Assembly (NCBI GenBank): GCA_964640345.1
Contig: CAZXFU010000003.1
Location: forward strand, 1-35,165
DNA length: 35,165 nt
Source of the DNA: an uncultured Eubacteriales bacterium
GTDB lineage: Bacteria; Bacillota; Clostridia; TANB77; RGIG9151
Direction of reading: 5' to 3'
Part shown: positions 8,717 to 17,890 of the stretch, piece by piece
Position numbering within the stretch: the first letter of the stretch is position 1
Layout of the letters: each line of letters opens with the position of its first letter
The notes under the pieces: generated by a model
The model's input: the letters and a program-made list of their open reading frames with translations, nothing else
Told to the model about the DNA's origin: nothing
Database searches by the model: none
Program-made: the position numbers and the translations under genes

Positions 8717-9706
8717 ATGAATATAATTAGTTTGTTTAGTGGATGCGGAGGTTTAGATTTAGGATTTGAAAAAGCAGGATTTAATGTTGCTGTTGCTAAC
8801 GAATTTGATAAAAACATATGGGAAACTTTTAAGATTAATCATCCTAATACTAAATTAATAGAGGGGGATATAAGAAACATAAAAGAAGAGGATTTTCCGT
8901 CAGAAATTGACGGTATAATTGGAGGCCCACCTTGTCAATCATGGTCGGAAGCTGGTTCTCTGAAAGGAATTGAAGATGATAGAGGAAAACTTTTTTATGA
9001 ATATATACGTATATTGAAAAATAAACAACCTAAATTTTTTTTAGCTGAAAATGTTAGTGGAATGTTAGCTGATAGACATTCAGAAGCTGTAAAAAACATA
9101 TTGAAAATGTTTAAAGAATGTGGATATGATGTTACGCTAACATTAGTAAATGCCAAGGATTATGGTGTAGCTCAAGAAAGAAAAAGGATTTTTTATATTG
9201 GATTTAGAAAAGACTTGAGCATTAAGTTTGATTTCCCAAAGGGGTCAACAGAAGATGATGACAAGAAAATAACATTAAAAGATATTATTTGGGATTTAAA
9301 AGATACTGCTGTTCCAGCAGGCGAAAAAAATCAACATAATCCTAATGCCATAAATAATAATGAGTATTTTACTGGAAGTTATTCTCCCATTTTTATGAGC
9401 AGAAATAGAGTTAAAAATTGGGATGAGCAAGCTTTTACAGTACAAGCTTCGGGAAGACAATGCCAAATTCATCCGCAAGCTCCTAAGATGATAAAGGTAG
9501 CTACAAATGATTGCAGGTTTGTAGAAGGTAAAGAAAGCTTATATAGAAGAATGACTATAAGAGAAGTTGCTAGAATTCAAGGTTTTCCGGATTCTTTTAA
9601 GTTTATTTATAAAAATACAAATGATGCATATAAGATGATTGGAAATGCAGTTCCAGTAAATTTGGCATATGAGGTAGCTTGTGCTATAAAGAAAGTTTTA
9701 ATGTAA
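8717..9706 (+). CDS. DNA (cytosine-5)-methyltransferase, M.HaeIII-like (probable GGCC specificity)
   Basis: All canonical m5C motifs are present: [11 protein letters not shown] (I), GGPPCQSWS (IV), ENV (VI), [12 protein letters not shown] (VIII) and [11 protein letters not shown] (X). Long stretches match my recollection of M.HaeIII, for example [24 protein letters not shown] and [15 protein letters not shown]. The ATG at 8717 aligns with the M.HaeIII N-terminus MNLISLFSG. Confidence 0.93.
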   Translation: MNIISLFSGCGGLDLGFEKAGFNVAVANEFDKNIWETFKINHPNTKLIEGDIRNIKEEDFPSEIDGIIGGPPCQSWSEAGSLKGIEDDRGKLFYEYIRILKNKQPKFFLAENVSGMLADRHSEAVKNILKMFKECGYDVTLTLVNAKDYGVAQERKRIFYIGFRKDLSIKFDFPKGSTEDDDKKITLKDIIWDLKDTAVPAGEKNQHNPNAINNNEYFTGSYSPIFMSRNRVKNWDEQAFTVQASGRQCQIHPQAPKMIKVATNDCRFVEGKESLYRRMTIREVARIQGFPDSFKFIYKNTNDAYKMIGNAVPVNLAYEVACAIKKVLM

Positions 9707-9719
9707 AGGGAGAATATAT

Positions 9720-10679
9720 ATGAGTAATCAAAGCAATGTATTTGGCAGAGCTTATGAGTATATTTGCATAGAGACACTGAACAATGAGATAAATAAATTT
9801 AGAAAATCAGTAATAGAAAAAGACCCAACATATGAAATTGCAAAAGAATGTTGGAGTATAATTGATGAAGAAAGTAAGTTAATATTAAAAAACAGTGCTT
9901 TATCAGCTACATATTCTATTTTTGATTTAGAACCAAAGATAACGGAGCAAGGAGAAGATTATTTAGTATTAAAAATGCAAAAGGATCAAGAAGGCAAAAT
10001 AGGAGATGTTAGAGATATTATTATAATAAGAAATGCTGAAAAATGGGAAATAGGATTAAGTATTAAGCATAATCATTTTGCAGTAAAACACAGTCGTTTA
10101 AGTAGTAGGTTAGATTTTGGAGAAATATGGTTTGGAGTAAAGTGTTCAAAGCATTATTGGGACGATATAGAGCCAATATTTGCATATCTTAATGCTGAAA
10201 GAATATTAAAGACAAAATGGAGTGATTTGCCAGATAAAGAGAATGAGGTATATATTCCAATTTTAAAAGCTTTTATTAATGAGATTAAGAGAAGTTACGA
10301 AAAACATTTAGATTTACCCAAAAAGCTTGTAGAATATTTATTGGGTAAATTTGATTTTTATAAGGTAATTAGTATTGATAATAGAAAAGTTACTCAAATT
10401 CAATCATATAACTTAAGAGGAAATCTTAACCGGGCAAGTAAAAACACTAAACCTAAAATTGTTATTCCTATCGCAAAGTTACCAACAAGAATTGTTAATA
10501 TTGATTTTAAACCTCAAAGTAATAATACAATAGAATTATATTTGGATGAAGGATGGCAATTTAGTTTTAGAATTCATAATGCATCTACATACGTTGAAAA
10601 TAGTTTGAAATTTGATATTCAAATAGTTGGAATGCCAGCTTCAATAATATCAATTGAATGTAAATGGAATAATGAATAG
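9720..10679 (+). CDS. Putative type II restriction endonuclease, HaeIII-like by context
   Basis: 319-aa soluble protein starting 14 nt downstream of the methyltransferase gene, with its own RBS (AAGGGAGAA). It is co-directional and followed by a terminator. I recognise no motif directly. The call rests on gene order, size and the M.HaeIII-like partner. Confidence 0.6.
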   Translation: MSNQSNVFGRAYEYICIETLNNEINKFRKSVIEKDPTYEIAKECWSIIDEESKLILKNSALSATYSIFDLEPKITEQGEDYLVLKMQKDQEGKIGDVRDIIIIRNAEKWEIGLSIKHNHFAVKHSRLSSRLDFGEIWFGVKCSKHYWDDIEPIFAYLNAERILKTKWSDLPDKENEVYIPILKAFINEIKRSYEKHLDLPKKLVEYLLGKFDFYKVISIDNRKVTQIQSYNLRGNLNRASKNTKPKIVIPIAKLPTRIVNIDFKPQSNNTIELYLDEGWQFSFRIHNASTYVENSLKFDIQIVGMPASIISIECKWNNE

Positions 10680-10741
10680 AAGAGGAAAAATGAAAGAAAA
10701 TGTGTTTTATTCTGACTTTAGTAGAAAAAAGTGATAAAAAC

Positions 10742-10788
10742 AATCCTTAACCTTAGTAATAGCACTAAGTTTAAGGATTTATTTTTTT
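10742..10788 (+). terminator. Intrinsic terminator after the R-M pair
   Basis: 16-bp stem with one mismatch (AATCCTTAACCTTAGT / ACTAAGTTTAAGGATT) and a 6-nt loop, followed by TATTTTTTT. Confidence 0.75.
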
Positions 10789-10844
10789 CGGAATTGTCTT
10801 GTGAAAATAATCATTATTTGGTTTTCGGCAAATAACTTTTTTAT

Positions 10845-10873
10845 TTGCAAAATGTTGGAAATTGTAGTAATAT
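10845..10873 (+). promoter_or_regulatory. Candidate sigma-A promoter for prs (TTGCAA-17 nt-TAATAT)
   Basis: TTGCAA at 10845-10850 and TAATAT at 10868-10873, 40 nt upstream of the prs ATG. Confidence 0.35.
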
Positions 10874-10912
10874 AAAAATGAAGTGAAAAAGTGAATAATG
10901 GGAGGGAACGCA

Positions 10913-11851
10913 ATGGATGAATTAAAAATCTTCGGTTGTGACGCTAGTAAGGAATTTGCAAAGGAAGTTTGTGACTCTTTAGGAATGAAACTCGGTCAAA
11001 GTGAGTCTTTTAAGTTTGATAACGACAATAGGTTTGTTAAAATCCTTGAAACGGTAAGAGGAGACGATGTTTTTGTTATTCAGACTTCTAAGCCGCCTGT
11101 AGATGAAAACTTTATGGAACTTCTTATTACGATTGATGCTTTAAAAAGAGCATCTGCGAAACGAATTACTGCGATTTTGCCGTATTATCCTTATGCTCGT
11201 TCGGATAAAAAGGATCAACCGAGAATTGCAATTACCTCTAAATTGGTGGCTGATTTATTGGCTGCTGCAGGTGCAAACAGAGTTTTAACGTCTGATTTGC
11301 ATGCTATACAGATTTTGGGATTTTTCAATATCCCGGCGGACCAGTTGGTTTTTGCGGATTTATTGTCAAATTATTTTAAAGAGAAAAACTTTGAAGACTT
11401 AGTTGTTGTAGCAACAGATGCCGGTAGTTCTAAAAAAGCCTATAAATATGCAAAAAGGCTTAACTGCCCAATTGCTATGTTAGATAAAAGGAGACTTGGC
11501 AATTCTCAAGAGACATTAATTGAAAACATCGTTGGAGATGTTGCGGGAAAAAGATGCGTTATTTTTGATGATGAAGTGGATAGAGGAAGTTCGATTATGA
11601 ATGCGGTTCATGTTTTAGAGGATTACGGAGTAAAAGAAATATATGCAGCATGTACTCATGGAGTGCTTTCGGGGCCGGCTGTCGAGAGAATAAAAAATTC
11701 ATCAATAAAAGAATTTGTAATTACAAATACAATTCCTTTACCACCTGAAAAGCAATTAGATAAAATAACTGTTTTGACAGTTGCACCGATTTTTGCCGAA
11801 GCAATAAAGAGGATTCATGAAGGTCGCTCTATGGGAGAAATGTTTTATTAA
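10913..11851 (+). CDS. prs: Ribose-phosphate pyrophosphokinase (PRPP synthetase)
   Basis: LKIFGC..., ITAILPYYPYARSDKK, the DLHA motif and the PRPP-binding loop VIFDDEVDRGSS. The ATG at 10913 follows GGGAGGG. Confidence 0.95.
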   Translation: MDELKIFGCDASKEFAKEVCDSLGMKLGQSESFKFDNDNRFVKILETVRGDDVFVIQTSKPPVDENFMELLITIDALKRASAKRITAILPYYPYARSDKKDQPRIAITSKLVADLLAAAGANRVLTSDLHAIQILGFFNIPADQLVFADLLSNYFKEKNFEDLVVVATDAGSSKKAYKYAKRLNCPIAMLDKRRLGNSQETLIENIVGDVAGKRCVIFDDEVDRGSSIMNAVHVLEDYGVKEIYAACTHGVLSGPAVERIKNSSIKEFVITNTIPLPPEKQLDKITVLTVAPIFAEAIKRIHEGRSMGEMFY

Positions 11852-11869
11852 TTCTTTTTGGGGGAAGAT

Positions 11870-12643
11870 ATGCAAAGTGTTGGAATTTATGTTAATTTAG
11901 AAAAAGATGCGGATTTTTGCGTTACAAAAAGTATTATTTCCATTGCCGAAAAATTTGATGCAAGGTGCGAAGTAGCTGAAGTTGGTAAAAAATATGATTT
12001 TATTATATCTTTGGGAGGAGACGGAACTTTTTTAAGTGCATCTAGGAAGTTTTTAGATGAGAAAATTATTGGAGTTAATTTAGGTAATTTAGGTTTTCTT
12101 TCAGAGATTGATAAAAATAGTATAGAGCTTGAGTTGGAAAAGATTCTAAATGGGAAGTTCTTTACAGAAGAAAGATTTCTTATTGAGACAACAATTCATG
12201 AAAAAAAATTGAGAGCGTTGAATGATATTGTGGTAAGCAGAGGGAATATTGCAAGACTGCTTAATTTAGAAGTGTATTTTGATGGAAGATTCGTTGATAA
12301 TTATGTGGCGGATGGTCTTATAATTTCTACGCCAACAGGTTCTACTGCCTATTCTATGTCTGCGGGTGGACCTATTGTAGAGCCGAGGCTTGATGTACTT
12401 ATTGTGACTCCGATTTGTGCCCATTCGTTACATCAACGCCCGCTTATTGTTAATTCGGGTACTGAAATAAAATTATGCGTAAAAAATGGTAAATTTATTG
12501 TGACAGCAGATGGTCAGGAGTCTGTTAATAGTGAAAATATAAAAGAAATTATTATTAAGATGTCAGATAAAAAAATAGATATAGTGAAAACGGGTAAGAA
12601 TTGTTTCTTCGATACCGTAAGAAAGAAGTTTCATATTGTGTAG
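11870..12643 (+). CDS. nadK: NAD(+) kinase
   Basis: GGDGTFL motif, NLGNLGFL, and DGLIISTPTGSTAYSMSAGGPIV. The ATG at 11870 follows GGGGGAAG. Confidence 0.93.
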   Translation: MQSVGIYVNLEKDADFCVTKSIISIAEKFDARCEVAEVGKKYDFIISLGGDGTFLSASRKFLDEKIIGVNLGNLGFLSEIDKNSIELELEKILNGKFFTEERFLIETTIHEKKLRALNDIVVSRGNIARLLNLEVYFDGRFVDNYVADGLIISTPTGSTAYSMSAGGPIVEPRLDVLIVTPICAHSLHQRPLIVNSGTEIKLCVKNGKFIVTADGQESVNSENIKEIIIKMSDKKIDIVKTGKNCFFDTVRKKFHIV

Positions 12644-12663
12644 CTCTGGGAGGAAATTAAAGT

Positions 12664-14328
12664 ATGTTAGCTCATATTCATATTAAAAATATAGGAATAA
12701 TAGAGGACTTAGAAATTGATTTTGATAAAGGTCTTAATATTTTAACCGGGGAAACAGGTGCGGGGAAAACCCTTATTCTTGGTGCAATTCAAATGATTTG
12801 TGGCGGGAAAGTAAGTCGCGATTTAATAAGAAATGGTGCAGATAAAGCCTTTACGGAGGCTTTGTTTTATATTGAAGATTTAAGGCTTAAAAAGGCATTG
12901 AGTGACATGGGGTATGAAGGAGACGAAATTGTAATTTCAAGAGAACTTTCAAATTCCGGAAAATCCGTTGCTAAAGTAAACGGACGACTTGTTAGTGTTA
13001 ACGAGCTAAAGGAACTTGGGAAAGTTTTGGTAGATTTACATGGACAGCACGATAATCAATCACTTTTAGATCCTAAAAATCATATTGAGGTTATAGATAA
13101 CTTTGCGGGAACAGAGATTAGCGGATTAAAAAGTAAGTATACAGAATTATACAATAAACGAAAAGATATTTTAGCGGATATTGAAAGGCTTGGAGGTAAT
13201 CCTGAACAGAGAATAAGAACTATGGAGTTTTTGAAATTCCAAATTGATGAGATAAGCAGTGCAAATCTTAAAGAAAGTGAAGATGAAGAACTTAGCGAAA
13301 AGCGAAAAGTTATGGCTAATGCTGAAAAAATTATTCATAATTTATCATATTCATACGAGGTTTTTTCAGATGAGAATGGGGTTTTAAATACTTTAGAGAA
13401 GGTTCGAAGTAGGCTGGAAGAAATTTCAGGGATAGATAGTAAATATGAAAAGTTTTTAGAATCTGTGAATGAGGCATATTATCAAATTGAGGACTTAAAG
13501 GATGAGATTTCTTCTGAGACTGAAAGGTTTTTTGTTGATGATGAGGAGCTTAATAAAATAGATGAGCGACTTGATTTGATATTTAAACTTAAGAAAAAAT
13601 ATGGAAGGACAATTCCGGATATATTACAATCATATGATGATATGAATAAGGAGTATTTGGAGCTTTGCAATTCTGAAGAGATGGTTAATAAGTTAAATCA
13701 TGACCTAGTTGAGGTTGAAAAATCATTAAAAGGTGTTGCGTTAGAGATTTCGACAGTTAGGAGAAAAGTCTCTTATGAACTTCAAGTTAAGCTTGTAGAT
13801 ATTCTAAAGGATATGGAAATGCCTAAGGCAAAGTTTTCTATAAAAGTTGAGGAAACTAAAGATTTTTTAAAAAACGGTATGGATGACGTTGAAATATTGT
13901 TTTCGTCTAACCCTGGAGAGGATGTTAAGCCACTTAGCAAGGTCGCATCAGGCGGAGAAATATCAAGAATAATGCTTGCGTTAAAGAATGTTCTTGCAAA
14001 TGCCGATATAATTCCAGTGATGATTTTTGATGAAATAGATACGGGAATTAGTGGAAAGGCAGGCTTTGCTGTTGGCGAGAAGATGGTTGAAATAGCCAAA
14101 GACAAGCAGGTTATATGTGTTACTCACTTACCGTCAATTGCAGCTTGTGGCAGCCAAAATTATTATATTTGCAAAAATAGTTTAGGAGATAAGACTGTTA
14201 CTTCTGTAAAGAAACTAAATGAAGAGGAAACGATACATGAGATAGCAAGAATTATTAGTGGTGGTAATATTTCCGAAGCTGCATTACTTCATGCTAAAGA
14301 GATTAGAGGAGTCAAAAGCACGGTTTAG
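12664..14328 (+). CDS. recN: DNA repair protein RecN
   Basis: N-terminal Walker A GETGAGKT, a long coiled-coil middle, the C-terminal ABC signature SGGEISRIMLALK and Walker B IMIFDEIDTGISG. Confidence 0.95.
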   Translation: MLAHIHIKNIGIIEDLEIDFDKGLNILTGETGAGKTLILGAIQMICGGKVSRDLIRNGADKAFTEALFYIEDLRLKKALSDMGYEGDEIVISRELSNSGKSVAKVNGRLVSVNELKELGKVLVDLHGQHDNQSLLDPKNHIEVIDNFAGTEISGLKSKYTELYNKRKDILADIERLGGNPEQRIRTMEFLKFQIDEISSANLKESEDEELSEKRKVMANAEKIIHNLSYSYEVFSDENGVLNTLEKVRSRLEEISGIDSKYEKFLESVNEAYYQIEDLKDEISSETERFFVDDEELNKIDERLDLIFKLKKKYGRTIPDILQSYDDMNKEYLELCNSEEMVNKLNHDLVEVEKSLKGVALEISTVRRKVSYELQVKLVDILKDMEMPKAKFSIKVEETKDFLKNGMDDVEILFSSNPGEDVKPLSKVASGGEISRIMLALKNVLANADIIPVMIFDEIDTGISGKAGFAVGEKMVEIAKDKQVICVTHLPSIAACGSQNYYICKNSLGDKTVTSVKKLNEEETIHEIARIISGGNISEAALLHAKEIRGVKSTV

Positions 14329-14346
14329 ATTCGAGGAGGGAGTTTG

Positions 14347-14922
14347 ATGAATTTTTTAGAGGAAATAGAATTTAATATTATGCAGCCGATAGGCATTAAT
14401 GTTGTGGCTTTTCTGATAAAGATGACCAAAGCAAACCAATGGGAAAATTTACCGCTTTGCACTTTGGAAAAACTTGAATATACAGAGACTGCTGTAAACG
14501 GTAGGATTCAACGAACTTTTTCGATTCCTTACGGAGACGATACGAGCACAGGCAACATACTTATTGCTTCTTTGGGGAAGAACAGATGTGTTATTGGGCA
14601 TGGTCATATAATAAATAAAGAGTTTGTTTCGGAAGAAGAAACTATCCAACTTGAGTATATGAATTATAATGAGTCTGACGTTGAATCAAGAAATTATACT
14701 TTTTCGTATAACCCTAAAAGACAGATTGTTTTGTTAGATATTGAGACCGGATGCCAGATGCTACCGACTATTTCCAAACCGGATATGTTTGGGAATTTAA
14801 AGGGTGTTTATAAGTTGGTTCCATATAGAAGATATATTGCATTAGAGATGAATGTTATGGTTACTTTACCGAGAGATGCGGTTGTCGAAAATATTGAAGA
14901 TTTAGCGGATGTAATATTATAG
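14347..14922 (+). CDS. Hypothetical protein (191 aa), no recognisable motif
   Basis: Long ORF with RBS GAGGAGGG 6 nt upstream. It starts 16 nt after the recN stop and abuts the next ORF. Confidence 0.6.
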   Translation: MNFLEEIEFNIMQPIGINVVAFLIKMTKANQWENLPLCTLEKLEYTETAVNGRIQRTFSIPYGDDTSTGNILIASLGKNRCVIGHGHIINKEFVSEEETIQLEYMNYNESDVESRNYTFSYNPKRQIVLLDIETGCQMLPTISKPDMFGNLKGVYKLVPYRRYIALEMNVMVTLPRDAVVENIEDLADVIL

Positions 14923-14937
14923 ATGAGGAGGTTTTTT

Positions 14938-15573
14938 ATGGAGTGTAATGTAAGTATAAGATTTTGCGGACAGGTTATTGTACCGAATGAAAATGGGGAA
15001 TTAGAGTTTGAGGCAGGTTCAGGAACAAAGACAAAAATTCCTGCGGAAGAAGTGCATAAGAGACTATCGCAAGCTCAATCTTTTGATGAAGCGATTGAAT
15101 ATTTAAAGAACAGTGGGGCGTATGTTGGAAAAGAAGATTCGAGAGTTATGGTTGTTATGACTCCAAACGGTAGCCAGATTTTTTCTAATGATGCTCCGAG
15201 TCAAAAGATTGTTGTAGATAAAGACATTCCTGAGAATGTTATAAGTGAAATATTGAGTGTTGACGGATTAGACAGTATTGGGACCGTAGAGAGAATTTTA
15301 ATTTCCAATAATATAATTGAAGATCCGGAAAAAGAGGCTGAAAGAATAAAAACTATTAATGGTGGAGAGTTTAGTTTTGAAAAAGAGGCAGATAACGTTG
15401 ATTCAAGGAGTATGTTAGATGGAGGAGAAATTGCTAGTACAAGACTCAATAGAGACATGTTGGAAGATCCTAAAAATGGCATAATTAGTGAGGAAGAAAA
15501 ACGCAAATTTGATGAAGAGAGATTAAGAAAGAAGAGAGAAGAACATACTAAGGATGACGGTTTAGATAGATAA
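14938..15573 (+). CDS. Hypothetical acidic protein (211 aa) with a Lys/Glu-rich C-terminal tail
   Basis: ORF with GAGGAGG 6 nt before the ATG at 14938; the track start at 14923 would place that RBS inside the ORF. The C-terminus is EEEKRKFDEERLRKKREEH. No family recognised. Confidence 0.6.
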   Translation: MECNVSIRFCGQVIVPNENGELEFEAGSGTKTKIPAEEVHKRLSQAQSFDEAIEYLKNSGAYVGKEDSRVMVVMTPNGSQIFSNDAPSQKIVVDKDIPENVISEILSVDGLDSIGTVERILISNNIIEDPEKEAERIKTINGGEFSFEKEADNVDSRSMLDGGEIASTRLNRDMLEDPKNGIISEEEKRKFDEERLRKKREEHTKDDGLDR

Positions 15574-15596
15574 AATCTAAAGAGGAGAGATAACGA

Positions 15597-17459
15597 ATGA
15601 TAAAGGGTATTTTGAAAAATAGAAAGAAAAGATTTTGCTTTTACGGAATTGTTACTTTTGCGAGTTCGTTGCTTTTTTCATGGTTAATTACTATATTGGT
15701 TACACAATTTAAATATATGCTTGATAGTTCTATTAATTTTAATGTTTTTAGTCTTGATGCACTGCGTCGGGATGAATTTTTTATGTTGTTTCCGAAGAAT
15801 TTTTTGTTTTTTTTGGCGGTGGGATTTATTATTGCAATTTGCTATGAAGTAAAAAATTATGTTATAAAAGGTGAATATGAAGGAATAGAGCATGGTTCGA
15901 GTGGATGGGCTGACGGCGAACAATATGAGATATTAAACAGAAAAGATGGTATCATTTTGGCCCGGGACAATTATCTGACGACAGATAATAAGTTTATAAA
16001 TAAAAATGTTTTAATTATTGGTGGTGCCGGTTCTAGGAAATCAAGAGGTTATATAATGCCCAATATGATGCAGATGCTGGGCTCGTATGTTGTAACTGAC
16101 CCAAAGGGTGAGAATTTTGATACTGCGGCCGGTTTTTTGCAGAAAAACGGTTATGAGGTAAGATGTATAAATCTTGTTAATCCGAGTTGTAGCGACTCTT
16201 ATAATCCTTTATGGCATATTGGCAGTACGCTTGATGTTGATATTATTAGTGACGCTTTAATAAAAGGGACAAGTAAGGGTTCCACTAATGAAGACCCTTT
16301 CTGGCCACAGGCAGAAAGAGCGTTGCTTAACTCATGTATTTATTATTTGCTTAGTGAATGTCCTAAGGAAGAGCAGTCGTTTGCGAGTTGCCTTGCGATG
16401 GTAAGAGCGGGAGAAAATTTTGACTGGATGGACGATGTTTTTATGCGTCTTCCTTTTGAGCATATGGCAAGAAAGAGTTACGAGACATTTAGGCTTGCTG
16501 TTGATAAGACAAGAGCGGGAGTTTTAGTAGGACTTGCAACTCGTCTTAATGTTTTTGATACGCCTGAAATTTCTTCGATTACAGGTACAAGTTCTATAGA
16601 TATCGATGCGATGGGTTCTAAAAAAATGGCAACATTTGTAATTACCCCAGATAGCCATAGTGCATTTAACTTTATTTCTACGATTTTCTTTGGACAGGTT
16701 TTGCAAAGACTTTATTACAAGGCAGATGAAAACTCTGCAATTCGTGCTGATGGTAAATGTACGTTAGATGTTCCGGTATTTTTCCTTATGGATGAATTTG
16801 CTAATGTTGGTCAAATCCCGGATTTTAACCAAAAACTTAGCACGAGTAGAAGCAGAAATATCAATATTAGTATTGTCTTACAGAGTATAGACCAATTGCA
16901 GGATTTGTATAAGGATATTTATGAAAATATTATGGCCAACTGCGATACACATTTATTTTTAGGAAGCCAGGCTACTAAAACTTGTGAATATATTTCTAAA
17001 AGTTTGGGAGAAACTACTATTAATAAGAAACAGGTTTCTTTAAGCGGGAAAATGAACGGAATTGTTTTAGCATCTTCACCTGATTCGCAAAGTGTATCTG
17101 ACCAATCGATGGGACGTTCGCTTGTGACCATTGATGAGCTTAAGAGATTACCGCTTGATACAAGTATTGTTATGGTTAAAGGTTTAAGACCTATTAAGGC
17201 AAAAAAATATGATATTAGTATGCACCCATTGGCAAAGGAAATTGATAAGTTTAAGATTAGCCATAATAATCCGACTCTAAATCACAGAGGAGAGTACAGG
17301 ATTGTTTATCCTTATGGGTTAAAAACGGGAGCAGTTAACAATAGTGTACGGTCTAATGCTAACGAAGAAGAGCCTGAAATCGAGAATAATCTTGATGATG
17401 TGGATATCCAAAAGCAACTTGAAACTAAGTTTGATGAATTGTTTGGGAGTTTAACATAA
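15597..17459 (+). CDS. Type IV secretion coupling protein (VirD4/TraG family)
   Basis: Two N-terminal TM helices and a P-loop region NVLIIGGAGSRKSRGYIMPNMMQ...YVVTDPKGE. Walker B with the TraG C-terminal signature is FFLMDEFANVGQIPDFNQKLSTSRSRNINISIVLQSIDQL. Architecture is typical of Bacillota conjugative T4CPs. Confidence 0.88.
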   Translation: MIKGILKNRKKRFCFYGIVTFASSLLFSWLITILVTQFKYMLDSSINFNVFSLDALRRDEFFMLFPKNFLFFLAVGFIIAICYEVKNYVIKGEYEGIEHGSSGWADGEQYEILNRKDGIILARDNYLTTDNKFINKNVLIIGGAGSRKSRGYIMPNMMQMLGSYVVTDPKGENFDTAAGFLQKNGYEVRCINLVNPSCSDSYNPLWHIGSTLDVDIISDALIKGTSKGSTNEDPFWPQAERALLNSCIYYLLSECPKEEQSFASCLAMVRAGENFDWMDDVFMRLPFEHMARKSYETFRLAVDKTRAGVLVGLATRLNVFDTPEISSITGTSSIDIDAMGSKKMATFVITPDSHSAFNFISTIFFGQVLQRLYYKADENSAIRADGKCTLDVPVFFLMDEFANVGQIPDFNQKLSTSRSRNINISIVLQSIDQLQDLYKDIYENIMANCDTHLFLGSQATKTCEYISKSLGETTINKKQVSLSGKMNGIVLASSPDSQSVSDQSMGRSLVTIDELKRLPLDTSIVMVKGLRPIKAKKYDISMHPLAKEIDKFKISHNNPTLNHRGEYRIVYPYGLKTGAVNNSVRSNANEEEPEIENNLDDVDIQKQLETKFDELFGSLT

Positions 17460-17464
17460 TTTTT

Positions 17465-17507
17465 TCTATGTATTATTACTTGTTTTTTGAAGAGAATAAT
17501 ACATAGA
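17465..17507 (+). terminator. AT-rich hairpin after the coupling-protein gene (weak terminator or processing site)
   Basis: 13-bp perfect stem TCTATGTATTATT / AATAATACATAGA with a 17-nt loop. No downstream T-run. Confidence 0.3.
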
Positions 17508-17517
17508 GGTGAGTGCA

Positions 17518-17685
17518 ATGAATAATTTTACACGTGGCTTGCTTATTGGCAGTTTTTTAGGAGCGGCTCTTGGACTTACCGGAGCAGTAAATTCTGATTG
17601 GCTTCAAAAGAAGGTTTGGAAACCTAGTAGGAAGGCTATAAAAAAAGCAAGTAGAGTTATGAGTGATGTGGCAGGTATGATGTAG
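17518..17685 (+). CDS. Small membrane-anchored protein (55 aa, YtxH-like Gly-rich N-terminus)
   Basis: Not in the ORF track because it is under 60 aa. ATG at 17518 follows AGAGGTGAG. Translation is MNNFTRGLLIGSFLGAALGLTGAV...KKASRVMSDVAGMM. A strong terminator follows. Confidence 0.45.
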   Translation: MNNFTRGLLIGSFLGAALGLTGAVNSDWLQKKVWKPSRKAIKKASRVMSDVAGMM

Positions 17686-17692
17686 AGTGGGA

Positions 17693-17757
17693 AAATAAAA
17701 TATAGCAAAGTGATTGATAACTAAAAAACGTAGAAGTCACTTTGCTATATTTTATTT
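17693..17757 (+). terminator. Intrinsic terminator, 21-bp perfect inverted repeat
   Basis: AAATAAAATATAGCAAAGTGA (17693-17713) pairs with TCACTTTGCTATATTTTATTT (17737-17757), with a 23-nt loop and a T-rich 3' side. Confidence 0.75.
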
Positions 17758-17763
17758 AATAGA

Positions 17764-17792
17764 TTGACGCGGAACATTTTTTCGTTTAGAAT
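17764..17792 (+). promoter_or_regulatory. Near-consensus sigma-A promoter for ispG (TTGACG-17 nt-TAGAAT)
   Basis: TTGACG at 17764-17769, exactly 17 nt of spacer, then TAGAAT at 17787-17792. RBS AAAGGAG and the ATG at 17816 follow. Confidence 0.6.
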
Positions 17793-17815
17793 TGAAACTG
17801 AAAGGAGCGTATTTT

Positions 17816-17887
17816 ATGCGAAATTTGACGAAAGTGGTTAGAGTTGGGGACAAGTTTATTGGCGGTAATAATCCGATTTTAGTATAA
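17816..17887 (+). pseudogene. ispG: 5' fragment of ispG (23 codons) ending in an in-frame TAA at the conserved Gln position
   Basis: MRNLTKVVRVGDKFIGGNNPILV* aligns with the IspG N-terminus (..V.VG.V.IGG.API.VQSMTNT). It is in the same frame as the downstream ORF (17891-17816=75). Confidence 0.8.
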
Positions 17888-17890
17888 TCT

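Noticed and set aside
17885-17887. TAA reassigned as a sense (Gln) codon in this organism
   Set aside because: TAA terminates many well-defined genes in the window at the expected protein ends, including flbD, fliM, flhB, dnaE and recN-neighbouring ORFs. Global reassignment is therefore not supported; a local mutation, sequencing error or readthrough is more likely.
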